Assembly: GCA_965223415.1 (NCBI GenBank) | Contig: OZ245002.1 | Span: 5,312,001-5,376,000 of the forward strand | From: Myxococcota bacterium | Lineage (GTDB): Bacteria; Myxococcota_A; UBA9160; UBA6930 | DNA: 64,000 nucleotides | Direction of reading: 5' to 3' | Part shown: positions 26,704 through 36,304 of the stretch, in pieces | Position numbering within the stretch: position 1 is the stretch's first letter | Layout: every line of letters begins with the position of its first letter | Notes under the pieces: generated by a model | The model's database searches: none | Told to the model about the DNA's origin: nothing | Seen by the model: only the letters and a program-made list of their open reading frames with translations | Made by a program: the position numbers and the translations under genes

Positions 26704-28167
26704 GTGAAGGTCCAGATCCACGAACGCTTCGAGTCGGACCTTCCGGCCGACGACGACCACCCCTACCGCACCGGCGCGTGGCGCCCCCAGACCGTCGAGT
26801 ACGACGCCTGGAACCTCGAGGTCGAGGGCGAGATTCCCCGCGACCTGGCGGGCGTCTACCTGCGCAACACCGAGAACCCGCTCCTGCCCTCCATCGAGCG
26901 CTACCACCCCTTCGATGGCGACGGCATGCTGCACGCGATCTCCTTCGAGGACGGGACGGCGGTCTACCGCAATCGCTTCGTCCGCACCGACGGCTTTCGG
27001 GCGGAGCGGAATGCAGGCCGAGCGCTCTTCGCCGGCGCCGCCGAGAATCCCGGAAAGGCGGAGCGAAGCTGCGAGCTCGGAGCGCGCCCCAACATGAAGG
27101 ACGCGTCGAGCACCGACATCGTCGTCCACGGTGGCGTCGCGCTCTCGAGCTTCTGGCTCTGCGGCGACCTCTACCGCCACGACCCGCGCACCCTCGAGCC
27201 CCTCGGCAAGACCGACTTCGACGGCCGCTTCCCTACCGAGGGCGTGTCGGCCCACCCGAAAGTCGACGAGCGAAGCGGCGAGATGCTGTTCTTCAACTAC
27301 TCCACCCAGGCGCCCTACATGCACTATGGGGTCGTGGGAGCGGACGGCCGCCTCGCCCACTACACGGACGTTCCGCTCCCCGGTGCGCGTCTGCCCCACG
27401 ACATGGCCTTCACAGAGCACTACGCGATCGTGAACGACTGCCCCATGTTCTGGGATCCGGAGCTGCTGGCGCGCGGGCACCACGTCACCCGTTTCTACCC
27501 GGACCTGCCGACTCGCTTCGGCGTCGTCCCGCGGCACGGCGGGCCGGAGCCGGTGCGCTGGTTCGAGGCGGCCCCGACCTACGTGCTGCACTGGATCAAC
27601 GCCTACGAGGACGGGGACGAGATCGTGCTCGACGGCTTCTTCCAGGAGAACCCGTCGCCCTCGCGGCGGTCCGGCACGGGCCAGGGCGATCCGGTGTTCC
27701 GCTACCTCGATCTCCACGAGATGCGCGCCGTCCCGCGCCGGTGGCGCTTCGAGCTCTCGACCGGCGCTTGTCGCGAAGAGCCCTCGAGCGATCGGGTGAT
27801 GGAGTTCGGCATGATCAACGGCCGCCACGGCGGCCGCCGCCATCGCTACAGCTACAACGCCCTGCCCGCGAAGGGCTGGTTCGGGTTCGAGGGCGTGGTG
27901 AAGCAAGATCTCGAGGGCGGTCACGAGGAGGCGGTGGAGCTGCCGAGCGGAGTCTTCGCGAGCGAGACCGTCATGGCGCCCCGCATCGGCTCCGAGGCCG
28001 AGGACGACGGGTACCTCCTCACCTTCACCATGGACCTGAACCGCGACCTCTCCGAGTGCCTGGTCCTCGACGCCGCGCAGCCCGGCGCCGGGCCCGTCGC
28101 CCGCGTGGCCCTGCCGGAGCGCATCTGCTGCGGAACCCACGCCTTCTGGCACGCGGCCGACGCGTGA
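26704..28167 (+). CDS. Carotenoid/stilbene cleavage dioxygenase family (RPE65-like)
   Basis: HPFDGDGMLH, YRNRFVRT and four candidate Fe-ligand His (SAHPK, PHDM, LHWIN, GTHAFW); GTG start after AAGGAG. Confidence 0.92.
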   Translation: MKVQIHERFESDLPADDDHPYRTGAWRPQTVEYDAWNLEVEGEIPRDLAGVYLRNTENPLLPSIERYHPFDGDGMLHAISFEDGTAVYRNRFVRTDGFRAERNAGRALFAGAAENPGKAERSCELGARPNMKDASSTDIVVHGGVALSSFWLCGDLYRHDPRTLEPLGKTDFDGRFPTEGVSAHPKVDERSGEMLFFNYSTQAPYMHYGVVGADGRLAHYTDVPLPGARLPHDMAFTEHYAIVNDCPMFWDPELLARGHHVTRFYPDLPTRFGVVPRHGGPEPVRWFEAAPTYVLHWINAYEDGDEIVLDGFFQENPSPSRRSGTGQGDPVFRYLDLHEMRAVPRRWRFELSTGACREEPSSDRVMEFGMINGRHGGRRHRYSYNALPAKGWFGFEGVVKQDLEGGHEEAVELPSGVFASETVMAPRIGSEAEDDGYLLTFTMDLNRDLSECLVLDAAQPGAGPVARVALPERICCGTHAFWHAADA

Positions 28168-28229
28168 GGCGCGCCGGGCTCGCCGCGCCGTGCGATATGC
28201 TTGGCGGCGTTGCACGACTGGAGTCGACC

Positions 28230-29570
28230 GTGGCCTCCCCCTCCCAGCTGAAACGGCTGGACCTCGAGCACCTCTGGCATCCGATGACCCAGCATCGCGG
28301 GCTCGAAGCGCGCATGCCGCGTCAGATCGTCTCGGGCTCGGGGGTCTACCTGACCGACGTGGACGGGAACCGCATCCTGGACGGGGTCTCCGGCCTCTGG
28401 TGCGTGAACGTGGGCTACGGCCGCGACGAGCTGGCCGACATCGCCCGCGAGCAGATGGCGAGGCTCCCGTACCTGCCCGGCACCCTCTCCCACGAGCCCG
28501 CCGCCCGGCTCGCCGCAAAGCTCGCCTCGATGCTCGGCTACCCGAGCAAGGTCTACTTCGTGAACAGCGGCTCCGAGGCCAACGAAGCCGCCTTCAAGAT
28601 CGCGCGCCAGTACCACGCCCAGACCGGGGCCCCCGGCCGCACCAAGATCATCGCCCGCTACCGGGGCTATCACGGCAACACCCTGGGCGCCCTCTCGGCC
28701 ACGGGCCAGGACGAGCGCAAGGACCGCTACGAGCCTCTCCTTCCGGGCTTCGTCCACATCGAGGCGCCGGATCCCTATCGCAGCGAGCGGGACGGCGCCG
28801 ACGCGCTGGAGGAGGCCCTCGAGCGGGAGGGGCCGGACACCGTAGCGGCCTTCATCATGGAGCCGGTCATCGCCGGGGGCGGCATCCTCGTCCCGCCCGA
28901 GGACTATCTGTCGCGGGTGCGGGAGATCTGCTCGCGCCACGGCGTCCTTCTCATCCTCGACGAGGTCGTGACCGGCTTCGGCCGCCTCGGCGCCGCCTTC
29001 GCGCACAAGCTGTACGGCGTGGAGCCGGATCTCCTGACCCTCGGCAAGGGCATCGCCAGCGGCTACCAGCCCCTGGCTGCGACCGTCGCCCGGCAGGAGA
29101 TCTTCGAGGCCTTCCTCGGCGAGCCCGACGAGCTCCGTCACTTCCGACACATCAACACCTACGGCGGCCACCCGGTCGCGACCGCCGTCGGCCTGCGCAA
29201 CATCGAGATCATGGAGCGGGAGCAGCTCTTCGAGCGCGCCGCCAAGCGGGGAGACGCCCTGCTCACCCGGCTGCGCCGGCTCGAGGAACATCCCAAGGTG
29301 GGCCAGGTGCGCGGCCGGGGGCTCCTGATCGGGATCGAGCTCGTGGAAGACAAGGCCTCGCGCGCTCCCCTGGACGCCGGGGAAACGGCGAAGGTCGTCT
29401 CGCGTTGCGGGCTGGACGGACTCCTCGTCGGCCGGACCACGAACACGAACCCCGGAATGGGCAACGTGCTCATCGTCGCGCCGCCGCTCGTGCTGAGCGA
29501 GACGGAGTCGGAGTTCCTGGCGACCACGCTGGAGCGGGCGATCCGCGAGGAGCTCCCGGCCGGATCGTGA
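28230..29570 (+). CDS. tpa: Class III aminotransferase, probable taurine:pyruvate aminotransferase
   Basis: From GTG 28230: LWHPMTQH, DGVSGLWCVNVGYGR, SGSEANE, DEVVTGFGR, PLP Lys in TLGKG and FRHINTYGGHP; in an operon with xsc. Confidence 0.8.
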   Translation: MASPSQLKRLDLEHLWHPMTQHRGLEARMPRQIVSGSGVYLTDVDGNRILDGVSGLWCVNVGYGRDELADIAREQMARLPYLPGTLSHEPAARLAAKLASMLGYPSKVYFVNSGSEANEAAFKIARQYHAQTGAPGRTKIIARYRGYHGNTLGALSATGQDERKDRYEPLLPGFVHIEAPDPYRSERDGADALEEALEREGPDTVAAFIMEPVIAGGGILVPPEDYLSRVREICSRHGVLLILDEVVTGFGRLGAAFAHKLYGVEPDLLTLGKGIASGYQPLAATVARQEIFEAFLGEPDELRHFRHINTYGGHPVATAVGLRNIEIMEREQLFERAAKRGDALLTRLRRLEEHPKVGQVRGRGLLIGIELVEDKASRAPLDAGETAKVVSRCGLDGLLVGRTTNTNPGMGNVLIVAPPLVLSETESEFLATTLERAIREELPAGS

Positions 29571-30691
29571 GGATCCTCGCGCTCAACGGGGGCAGCTCGT
29601 CCCTGCGCTGGGGCCTCTTCGAGCCGGAGACGGGCCGTGAGCTTGCCACCGGCGCCTTCGAGGAGGTGCGCGATCCGGAGGCGACCTGGGCCGGCGCGCG
29701 CCGGGAGCTCGCGGACCTCGCCCCGGACGCGGTGGGGCACCGCGTCGTGCACGGCGGCGAGCGCTTCACCGCCTCCGCCCGGGTCGACGACGAGGTCATG
29801 GCAGCGATCGAGGCCCAGATTCCAATGGCTCCGGTCCACAATCCGCGTTGCCTGCTCGGCATTCGCGAAGCCCGCGCGCTGTTCCCGGACGTGCCCCACG
29901 TCGCCGTCTTCGACACGGCCTTCCACCAGACGATGCCCCCCGCCGCCTACCGCTATGCCATCCCGCCCGGCTTCTACGAGCGCGACCGGATCCGGCGCTA
30001 CGGCTTTCACGGCACCTCCCACCGCCACGCCGCCGAACGCGCCGCGGAGCTCCTGGGGCGGGCGCCCGGGGACTTCACCGGCGTCACGGCGCACCTGGGC
30101 GGCGGCTGCTCGATCGCCTCGATCGAGGCCGGCCGCTGCGTCGATACCTCGATGGGCATGACGCCCCTCGAAGGGCTGATGATGGGAACACGCTCGGGCG
30201 ATCTCGACCCGGGCGTCGTCCTCGCCCTGGCCGCCAGCCCGGAGCTGGGCCCCGAACGAGTCGGACGGATCTTGAACGAAGAGAGCGGGCTGCTCGGCGT
30301 TTCGGGCGTGTCGAGCGACCTGCGGGAGGTGGAGGCCGCCGCCGAGGCGGGCGACCCGGACGCCGAGCTCGCGCGCTCGCTCTTCGCCCACCGCGTGCGG
30401 CGCGGCCTCGGCGCGGCCCTCGCGGTCCTCGGGCGCGCGGACGCCGTCGTGCTGACCGGCGGCATCGGCGAGCGCGCGGCGCCCATGCGCGCGCGCTTCC
30501 TGGGCGGGCTCGGCGGGCTCGGTCTCGAACTCGACCGGGAGGCCAACCGCGCACTCACCGATGGCGAGGGTCGGATTTCCACCCCCTCGTCGCCGATCGC
30601 AATCCTGATCGTTCGCGCGCGGGAGGAGTGGCTGATCGCCCGGGAGACCGCCGCGCTCCTGGCGCTCCCCCTCCCTCTCCATCCCGGCTAG
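29567..30691 (+). CDS. ackA: Acetate kinase
   Basis: From GTG 29567 (overlaps the tpa stop): LNGGSSS, GHRVVHGG, FDTAFHQTMP, YGFHGTSH, DTSMGMTPLEGLMMGTRSGDLD and TGGIGE. Confidence 0.93.
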   Translation: MRILALNGGSSSLRWGLFEPETGRELATGAFEEVRDPEATWAGARRELADLAPDAVGHRVVHGGERFTASARVDDEVMAAIEAQIPMAPVHNPRCLLGIREARALFPDVPHVAVFDTAFHQTMPPAAYRYAIPPGFYERDRIRRYGFHGTSHRHAAERAAELLGRAPGDFTGVTAHLGGGCSIASIEAGRCVDTSMGMTPLEGLMMGTRSGDLDPGVVLALAASPELGPERVGRILNEESGLLGVSGVSSDLREVEAAAEAGDPDAELARSLFAHRVRRGLGAALAVLGRADAVVLTGGIGERAAPMRARFLGGLGGLGLELDREANRALTDGEGRISTPSSPIAILIVRAREEWLIARETAALLALPLPLHPG

Positions 30692-30733
30692 CATCCCCGT
30701 TTCGCGTCCGCTGCGACTTCGAGGAGAACCGCG

Positions 30734-32509
30734 ATGAAGATGACCACCGAAGAAGCCTTCGTGAAGGTCCTCCAGATGCACGGCATCGAGCATGCCTTCG
30801 GCATCATCGGCTCCGCCTTCATGCCGATCTCCGACCTGTTTCCGAGGGCCGGCATCACCTTCTGGGACGTCGCCCACGAAACCAACGGCGGCTACATCTG
30901 CGACGGCTTCACCCGCGCTTCCGGCAAGATGGGCATGGCCATCGCCCAGAACGGCCCGGGCATCACGGGCTTCGTGACCGCCATGAAGACCGCCTACTGG
31001 AACCACACGCCGATGCTGCTGGTGACGCCCCAGGCGGCGAACAAGACGATCGGCCAGGGTGGCTTCCAAGAGGTGGAGCAGCTCGGGATGTTCCGGGAGA
31101 TGGTCTGCTACCAGGAAGAGGTCCGCGATCCCTCGCGCATCGCGGAGGTGCTGAACCGCGTGATCCTCAAGGCCTGGCGGGGCTCGGCGCCGGCCCAGAT
31201 CAACGTGCCTCGCGACCTCTGGACCCAGGGGATCGACGTCGAGCTGCCCCAGGTGGTGCGCTTCGAGCGCCAGGGCGGAGGAAGGCAGGCCATCGCGGAG
31301 GCGGCGCGGCTCCTCTCCGAGGCGCGCTTCCCGGTCGTGCTGAACGGTGCGGGGGTGGTGCTCGGCGGCGCGATCGAGGCCTCGAAGGCCCTGGCCGAGC
31401 GGCTGAGCGCGCCGGTCTGCTGCAACTACCAGCACAACGACGCGTTCCCGGGCAGCCACCCGCTCGCCTGCGGCCCGCTCGGATACAACGGCTCGAAGGC
31501 CGCCATGGAGCTGATCGCGAAGGCGGACGTGGTGCTTGCCCTGGGCAACCGGCTGAATCCGTTCTCCACCCTTCCCTGCTACGGCATCGACTACTGGCCG
31601 GCGGAGGCGAAGATCATCCAGGTCGACGTCAATGCCGACCGGATCGGCCTCACCAAGAACGTGACGGTCGGGATCGAGGGCGATGCGAAGCTCGTGGCCG
31701 AGCAGGTCCTGCAGGCGCTCGAGGCCACAGCCGGCGACGCGGGCCGGGCCGAGCGCGAGGCGTTGATCGCAAGAAAGAAAGCCGATTGGAGCGAAGAGCT
31801 CGCCGGCATGGATCACGAAGACGACGACCCGGGCACGACCTGGAACGAGCGCGCGCGCAAGCGGGACGCGGAGCTCATGTCCGCCCGCCAAGCCTGGCGG
31901 GCGATCATGGAGGCGCTCCCGGAGGACGCGATCATCTCCTCGGACATCGGCAACAACTGCGCGATCGGCAACGCCTACCCGAGCTTCGAATCCGGCCGCA
32001 AGTACCTGGCCCCGGGCCTGTTCGGGCCCTGCGGCTACGGATTCCCCGCGATCGTCGGCGCGAAGATCGGCTGCCCCGACGTCCCGGTCGTGGGCTTCGC
32101 CGGCGACGGCGCCTTCGGCATCTCGATGAGCGAGATGAGCTCGATCGGCCGCGATGGCTGGCCCGCGATCACGATGATCATCTTCCGCAACTACCAATGG
32201 GGCGCCGAGAAGCGCAACACCACCCTGTGGTTCGACGACAACTTCGTCGGCACCGAGCTGGACCGGAACGTCGACTACGCACGGGTCGCCGAGGGCTGCG
32301 GGCTCGAGGGCGTGCAGGTCCGGACCCAGGCGGAGATGACCGAGGCGCTCCGCATCGCGTGCAAGGCCCAGTCGAACGGGGTCACGACCTTCATCGAGGT
32401 GCTGCTGAACCAGGAGCTCGGCGAGCCCTTCCGGCGCGACGCGATGAAGAAGCCCACCGTCGTCGCGGGCATCGACCGCGCGGACATGCGGCCCCAGCGG
32501 GGCCGATGA
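30734..32509 (+). CDS. xsc: Sulfoacetaldehyde acetyltransferase (ThDP-dependent)
   Basis: Signature N-terminus MKMTTEEAFVKVLQMHGIEHAFGIIGSAFMPISDLFP; GPLGYNGSKAAMELI, GDGAFGIS, QWGAEKRN and ELGEPFRRDAMKKP. Confidence 0.96.
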   Translation: MKMTTEEAFVKVLQMHGIEHAFGIIGSAFMPISDLFPRAGITFWDVAHETNGGYICDGFTRASGKMGMAIAQNGPGITGFVTAMKTAYWNHTPMLLVTPQAANKTIGQGGFQEVEQLGMFREMVCYQEEVRDPSRIAEVLNRVILKAWRGSAPAQINVPRDLWTQGIDVELPQVVRFERQGGGRQAIAEAARLLSEARFPVVLNGAGVVLGGAIEASKALAERLSAPVCCNYQHNDAFPGSHPLACGPLGYNGSKAAMELIAKADVVLALGNRLNPFSTLPCYGIDYWPAEAKIIQVDVNADRIGLTKNVTVGIEGDAKLVAEQVLQALEATAGDAGRAEREALIARKKADWSEELAGMDHEDDDPGTTWNERARKRDAELMSARQAWRAIMEALPEDAIISSDIGNNCAIGNAYPSFESGRKYLAPGLFGPCGYGFPAIVGAKIGCPDVPVVGFAGDGAFGISMSEMSSIGRDGWPAITMIIFRNYQWGAEKRNTTLWFDDNFVGTELDRNVDYARVAEGCGLEGVQVRTQAEMTEALRIACKAQSNGVTTFIEVLLNQELGEPFRRDAMKKPTVVAGIDRADMRPQRGR

Positions 32510-32513
32510 AGAA

Positions 32514-32530
32514 AGCGCCCGAGGGGCGCT
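32514..32530. terminator. Hairpin immediately after xsc
   Basis: AGCGCCC-GAG-GGGCGCT, a perfect 7-bp stem; the T-rich tail is only on the minus strand. Confidence 0.35.
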
Positions 32531-32561
32531 AGCCCCGGATCGGCTCGAAAGGGAGTCCGCC

Positions 32562-33597
32562 ATGCTCCTCCACGTCGTCCTCGTGATTGCAGGCATCGCG
32601 GTCGCCTCTCTCGTGCTGATCGGCTTCGTTCTCGACCTGTCGGTCCCGGCCCAGCCCCTCGAGCCCGCCGAGACGGACGCGGATGCGGGGGAGCCCGAAC
32701 CGAGAGACGAGGTGCGCTTCGAGGTCGGCGGAGCGGCGATCAGCGCGTGGCTCTTCTTGCCCGAGGAGGGGCCGGCTCCCCTCCCCTGCATCGTCATGGC
32801 CCACGGCTTCGGCGGCACGAAGGACTGCGGCCTGGATCGCTATGCGGGCGGCTTCCGCGCTGCGGGCTTCGCCGTCCTCGCCTTCGACTACCGCCACTTC
32901 GGCGCCAGCGAGGGCGAGCCGCGCCAGCTCTACTGGAACCCCCATCAGCTCGAGGACTGGGCCGCTGCGGTGGCCTACGCACAGAGCCTTCCGGAAGTCG
33001 ACGCGAGCCGGATCGCCCTGTGGGGCAGCTCCGCGTCCGGCGGCCACATCATCGTCACCGCTGCAGAGAACCCGGGGATCAAGTGCGTCAGCGCCCAGTG
33101 CCCGGGGTTGGACCCGCGATCGGACGGCCGGCGTCTGGTGTCGCGGCTCGGCGCGCGTCGCGCCGCCCGCCTGATCCTTCACGGCCAGCGCGACATGATC
33201 CGGTCGCGCTTCGGCCTCTCCGCCCACAGGATCCCGAATCGTCGGGCGCCCGGGGACGGTCGCGTTCTTCGATCTGCCGGATGCCTACCAGGGCTACTCG
33301 GCGCTCACGCCGAAGGGCTTCCGCAACGAGGTGTGCGCGCGAATCGTCCTACGGGGGAGCTTGTACCGGCCGATCGAACGGGCGAAGGACGTGCGCTGTC
33401 CGGTCCTCCTCCAGATCTGCGAGCGCGACGAGCTCGTCGCGCCCGAGACCGCCGAAGCGACCGCCCGGGAGCTCGGGGCCCGGGCGGAGGTCAGGCGATA
33501 CCCGATCGGGCACTTCGACGTCTACCACGGCGCCCACTTCGAGACGGCGGTGCGCGACCAGCTGGAGTTCTTCCGCAGGCATCTCTCCGACGGATGA
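32562..33597 (+). pseudogene. Membrane-anchored alpha/beta hydrolase with a +1 frameshift (or a sequencing error)
   Basis: N-terminal TM helix, MAHGFGG and GSSASGG. Removing one A at 33237-33238 joins ...HRIP to IVGRPGTVAFFDLP...VRCPVLLQICERD...GHFDVY (ORF 33331..33597). Confidence 0.85.
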
Positions 33598-33610
33598 GGA
33601 GAGCCGTCTT

Positions 33611-33630
33611 CGGAGCGAAGCCTCGCTCCG
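33611..33630. terminator. Hairpin between convergent hydrolase genes
   Basis: CGGAGCGA-AGCC-TCGCTCCG, a perfect 8-bp stem. Confidence 0.45.
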
Positions 33631-34830
33631 TCAGATCGCCGCGAAGACCTCGGCCAGCCAGTCGAAGATCCGCTGCTGGGCGAGCCGCGGCGTGGCCACT
33701 TGGCAGTGGTCCTCGGCACCTTCCTCCCGCGTGAAGAGCATGAAGGTCCGCGGACTGGAGAGCGCTTCGTAGAGCTTCGCGGCCTCACCCTCGAAGGAGG
33801 CCTCCTCCTCGGTGTCGATCACGAGGGTCGGGCAGCGGATCCGCCCGGCGACGTCCGAGAGCTCGAAACGCAGAGCCTCGCGCATCCAATCCGAGGGGCG
33901 CTCCGCCTTGAAGACGAACATGCCGTGCGAAACGGCCCATCGCATCTCGGAGCTCTCCTCCATCATCTGCCTCATCCCGGCGTCGAACGCGTCGGGGGCG
34001 TTCTCGGCGAAGCTCCGAAACTGCTCCCGGGTCATCTGCGCTGGAACCCGGCTCCCCATGAAGTCGTAGACGCCTCCGTTCGCGATACAGGCGGCAAGGC
34101 GGTGCTCGAAGGCGGCCGCGCGAGGGGCGAGGTAGCCACCGAGGCTGACGCCCTCGAGGGCAATCCGGGCCGGGTCGACGTCACCCTGCGAGAGCGCGTG
34201 ATCGACGACGGGCGTGACCACGTGCTCCCAGTCGTGGCGAAAGGGGAGCCCCTGCTCACGGATCACCCGCCCTTGTCCCGGACCCTCGAAGGTGAGGCAG
34301 TTCCAGCCCCGCCGGTTCGCGGCCAGGGCCATGGGATGGAGCTCTTCGAGGGTCCCGTCGAAGCCGGTCTGGAGGAGCAGCGTCGGCCTCGTCGCCCGAC
34401 TCGGGTCGGGTCGGTAGAGGAGACCGGGGAGCGTGGTGCCTTCGTACGAGATCTCCAGGCGATCGACCGGCAGGTCGAGGAGATCGAGGGCGCGGTCGAA
34501 GCAGGCGATGCTTCGCCGCGACAGGTCGAGGATGCGCGGGTCCCCGGGATCGCCGTGGAGGTAGAACTCCGCCGCCCGGTAGTAGTTGCTTGCCCGCATC
34601 CACGCCTCGCGGGCGCTCACGTCGTGCCCGCGGGCACGGCTGCGATCGCCAATCGCCTCGACGCGCTCCGCCGTGGCGAGCCACTCCCGGTGCCAGCCGT
34701 CGAAGTCGCCGTCGGCGATGCGCTCGGCGGTGCGGAGGACCTCGCCGACCTCCGCCTGGCCCGCCTCGGCGCTGCCAAGCATCCGGAGGGTCTGAAACGA
34801 GAGCTGAGGGTCTTCGAACGCGATCTTCAT
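33631..34830 (-). CDS. Alpha/beta hydrolase (FrsA / 2,6-dihydroxypseudooxynicotine hydrolase-like)
   Basis: From ATG 34830: RASNYYRAAEF, TGFDGTLEE, FEGPGQG, nucleophile GVSLGG and GAEDHCQ. Confidence 0.88.
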   Translation of the reverse strand: MKIAFEDPQLSFQTLRMLGSAEAGQAEVGEVLRTAERIADGDFDGWHREWLATAERVEAIGDRSRARGHDVSAREAWMRASNYYRAAEFYLHGDPGDPRILDLSRRSIACFDRALDLLDLPVDRLEISYEGTTLPGLLYRPDPSRATRPTLLLQTGFDGTLEELHPMALAANRRGWNCLTFEGPGQGRVIREQGLPFRHDWEHVVTPVVDHALSQGDVDPARIALEGVSLGGYLAPRAAAFEHRLAACIANGGVYDFMGSRVPAQMTREQFRSFAENAPDAFDAGMRQMMEESSEMRWAVSHGMFVFKAERPSDWMREALRFELSDVAGRIRCPTLVIDTEEEASFEGEAAKLYEALSSPRTFMLFTREEGAEDHCQVATPRLAQQRIFDWLAEVFAAI

Positions 34831-34859
34831 GGCACTCCCCGTCGGGATCGCTGCCCGCT

Positions 34860-35465
34860 TCAGTCCCGTTGAAGCTCCGCGACCAGCTCGGGCCAGGCCT
34901 CGGGGCGCAGCGCACCGAACAGGAAGAGCCGCTTCAGCTCCCGGGCGAAACGCAGAGTCTCCTCCTCGGCCGCCTGCTCGTCCTGATTGCGCTGGGCCGC
35001 CATCAGGGACCAGACCAGGGCGGGGGTCATGCCGATCACGCCGAGCATCTCGGCGTCGATTCCATCCTGGCTCTTGCCGCTCTTGGCGAGGCGTTCGAGA
35101 GCGCCCACATAGTCCTCCCAGCCACCGGACATTCCGGCGCCCCGGCGTTGGAGCAGCCGGAACATCCAGATCCGGGCGATGTGGGGATGCTCGCGGAAGT
35201 AGTGGACGAAGAAGTCGATCTGCTCGCCGAAGGAGCGCGGCTCGCTCAGGATCCGGCGCAGCTCCGCCACGAACTCCCGGCTGACGGCGCGGACGAGGGC
35301 GTCCCGGGTGCGGAAGTGCTGGTAGGCCGTGCTGCGGTTGAGGCCCGCCCGCTTGGCCACGCCGACGACCGTCAGCGCCTCCATCCCGCCCTCGGCCACG
35401 ATCTGCCTCGCCGCCTCGAGCAAGGCCTCCCGGCTCGCCCGGGCATCGCTTCGAACGGGCTTCAT
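34860..35465 (-). CDS. TetR/AcrR family transcriptional regulator
   Basis: RSDARASREALLEAA...LTVVGVAKRAGLNRSTAYQHFRTRDAL; start at ATG 35465 inferred from promoter geometry. Confidence 0.9.
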   Translation of the reverse strand: MKPVRSDARASREALLEAARQIVAEGGMEALTVVGVAKRAGLNRSTAYQHFRTRDALVRAVSREFVAELRRILSEPRSFGEQIDFFVHYFREHPHIARIWMFRLLQRRGAGMSGGWEDYVGALERLAKSGKSQDGIDAEMLGVIGMTPALVWSLMAAQRNQDEQAAEEETLRFARELKRLFLFGALRPEAWPELVAELQRD

Positions 35466-35522
35466 GAAATCCATCATACCTGTTGTAATTCTTAAATCCA
35501 ACAGATATGATGGATTTCATGA
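35462..35522. promoter_or_regulatory. Palindromic bidirectional promoter/operator
   Basis: 61-bp AT-rich inverted repeat. Plus: TTGTAA-17-TATGAT-7-ATG(35519). Minus: TTGGAT-17-TATGAT-7-ATG(35465). Confidence 0.8.
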
Positions 35523-36304
35523 TCGAGCTCCAGCGGCAGGACGGCGTCGCCACGATCACGTTGCGGCGGCCCGAATCCCGCAACTCCCTCACCCCGGCCC
35601 TGTTCCAGGAGCTCGAGGCCCGCTTCGACGAGGTGGCGGCCCACCCGGAGGATCGCGTCCTGGTGCTGACCGGCTCCGGAGACGCCTTCTGCTCGGGGGC
35701 GGACCTGAGCGGCTCCCCGGATGCCGCTGCGCGGCTGGCGGACGGCCCGGTCGGCAGGGCGGACTGGATCCGCACCACCACCGCGGCCGCTCTGGCCCTG
35801 CACCGGCTGCCGAAGCCCACGATCGCCGCGGTGAACGGGGTGGCCGCCGGCGGGGGATGCAATCTCGCGTTGGGCTGCGACCTGGTCTTCGCCGCCGCAT
35901 CGGCCCGCTTCGCCGAGATCTTCGTGAACCGGGGGCTGGCCCTCGACTACGCGGGCACCTGGCTGCTCCCGCGCCTCGTCGGGCTCCAGCGTGCGAAGGA
36001 CCTGGCCTTCCGCGGAGAGCTGGTGAGCGCGGACGAGGCTCTCGCCATGGGACTGGTGCTCGAGGTGGTGCCGGACGACGCCCTGGCCCGGCGGGTCGAC
36101 GAGTACGCGCGCACCCTCGCCGCCAAGCCCCCGATCGCCCTCTCGACGATCAAGCGCGGCCTGAACCGCGCCACGAGCTGGAGCTTCGAGGAGGCCCTCG
36201 CGTACGAGGTGGAGAGCCAGGCCACCTGCCTCGGCTCCCAGGACTTCCGCGAGGCGATGACCGCCTGGCTCCAGAAGCGAGATGGGGAGTACCAGGGCCG
36301 GTGA
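35519..36304 (+). CDS. Enoyl-CoA hydratase/isomerase (crotonase) family protein
   Basis: VATITLRRPESRNSL, AFCSGADL, PKPTIAAVNGVAAGGG, LLPRLVG and SQDFREAM. Confidence 0.92.
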   Translation: MIELQRQDGVATITLRRPESRNSLTPALFQELEARFDEVAAHPEDRVLVLTGSGDAFCSGADLSGSPDAAARLADGPVGRADWIRTTTAAALALHRLPKPTIAAVNGVAAGGGCNLALGCDLVFAAASARFAEIFVNRGLALDYAGTWLLPRLVGLQRAKDLAFRGELVSADEALAMGLVLEVVPDDALARRVDEYARTLAAKPPIALSTIKRGLNRATSWSFEEALAYEVESQATCLGSQDFREAMTAWLQKRDGEYQGR

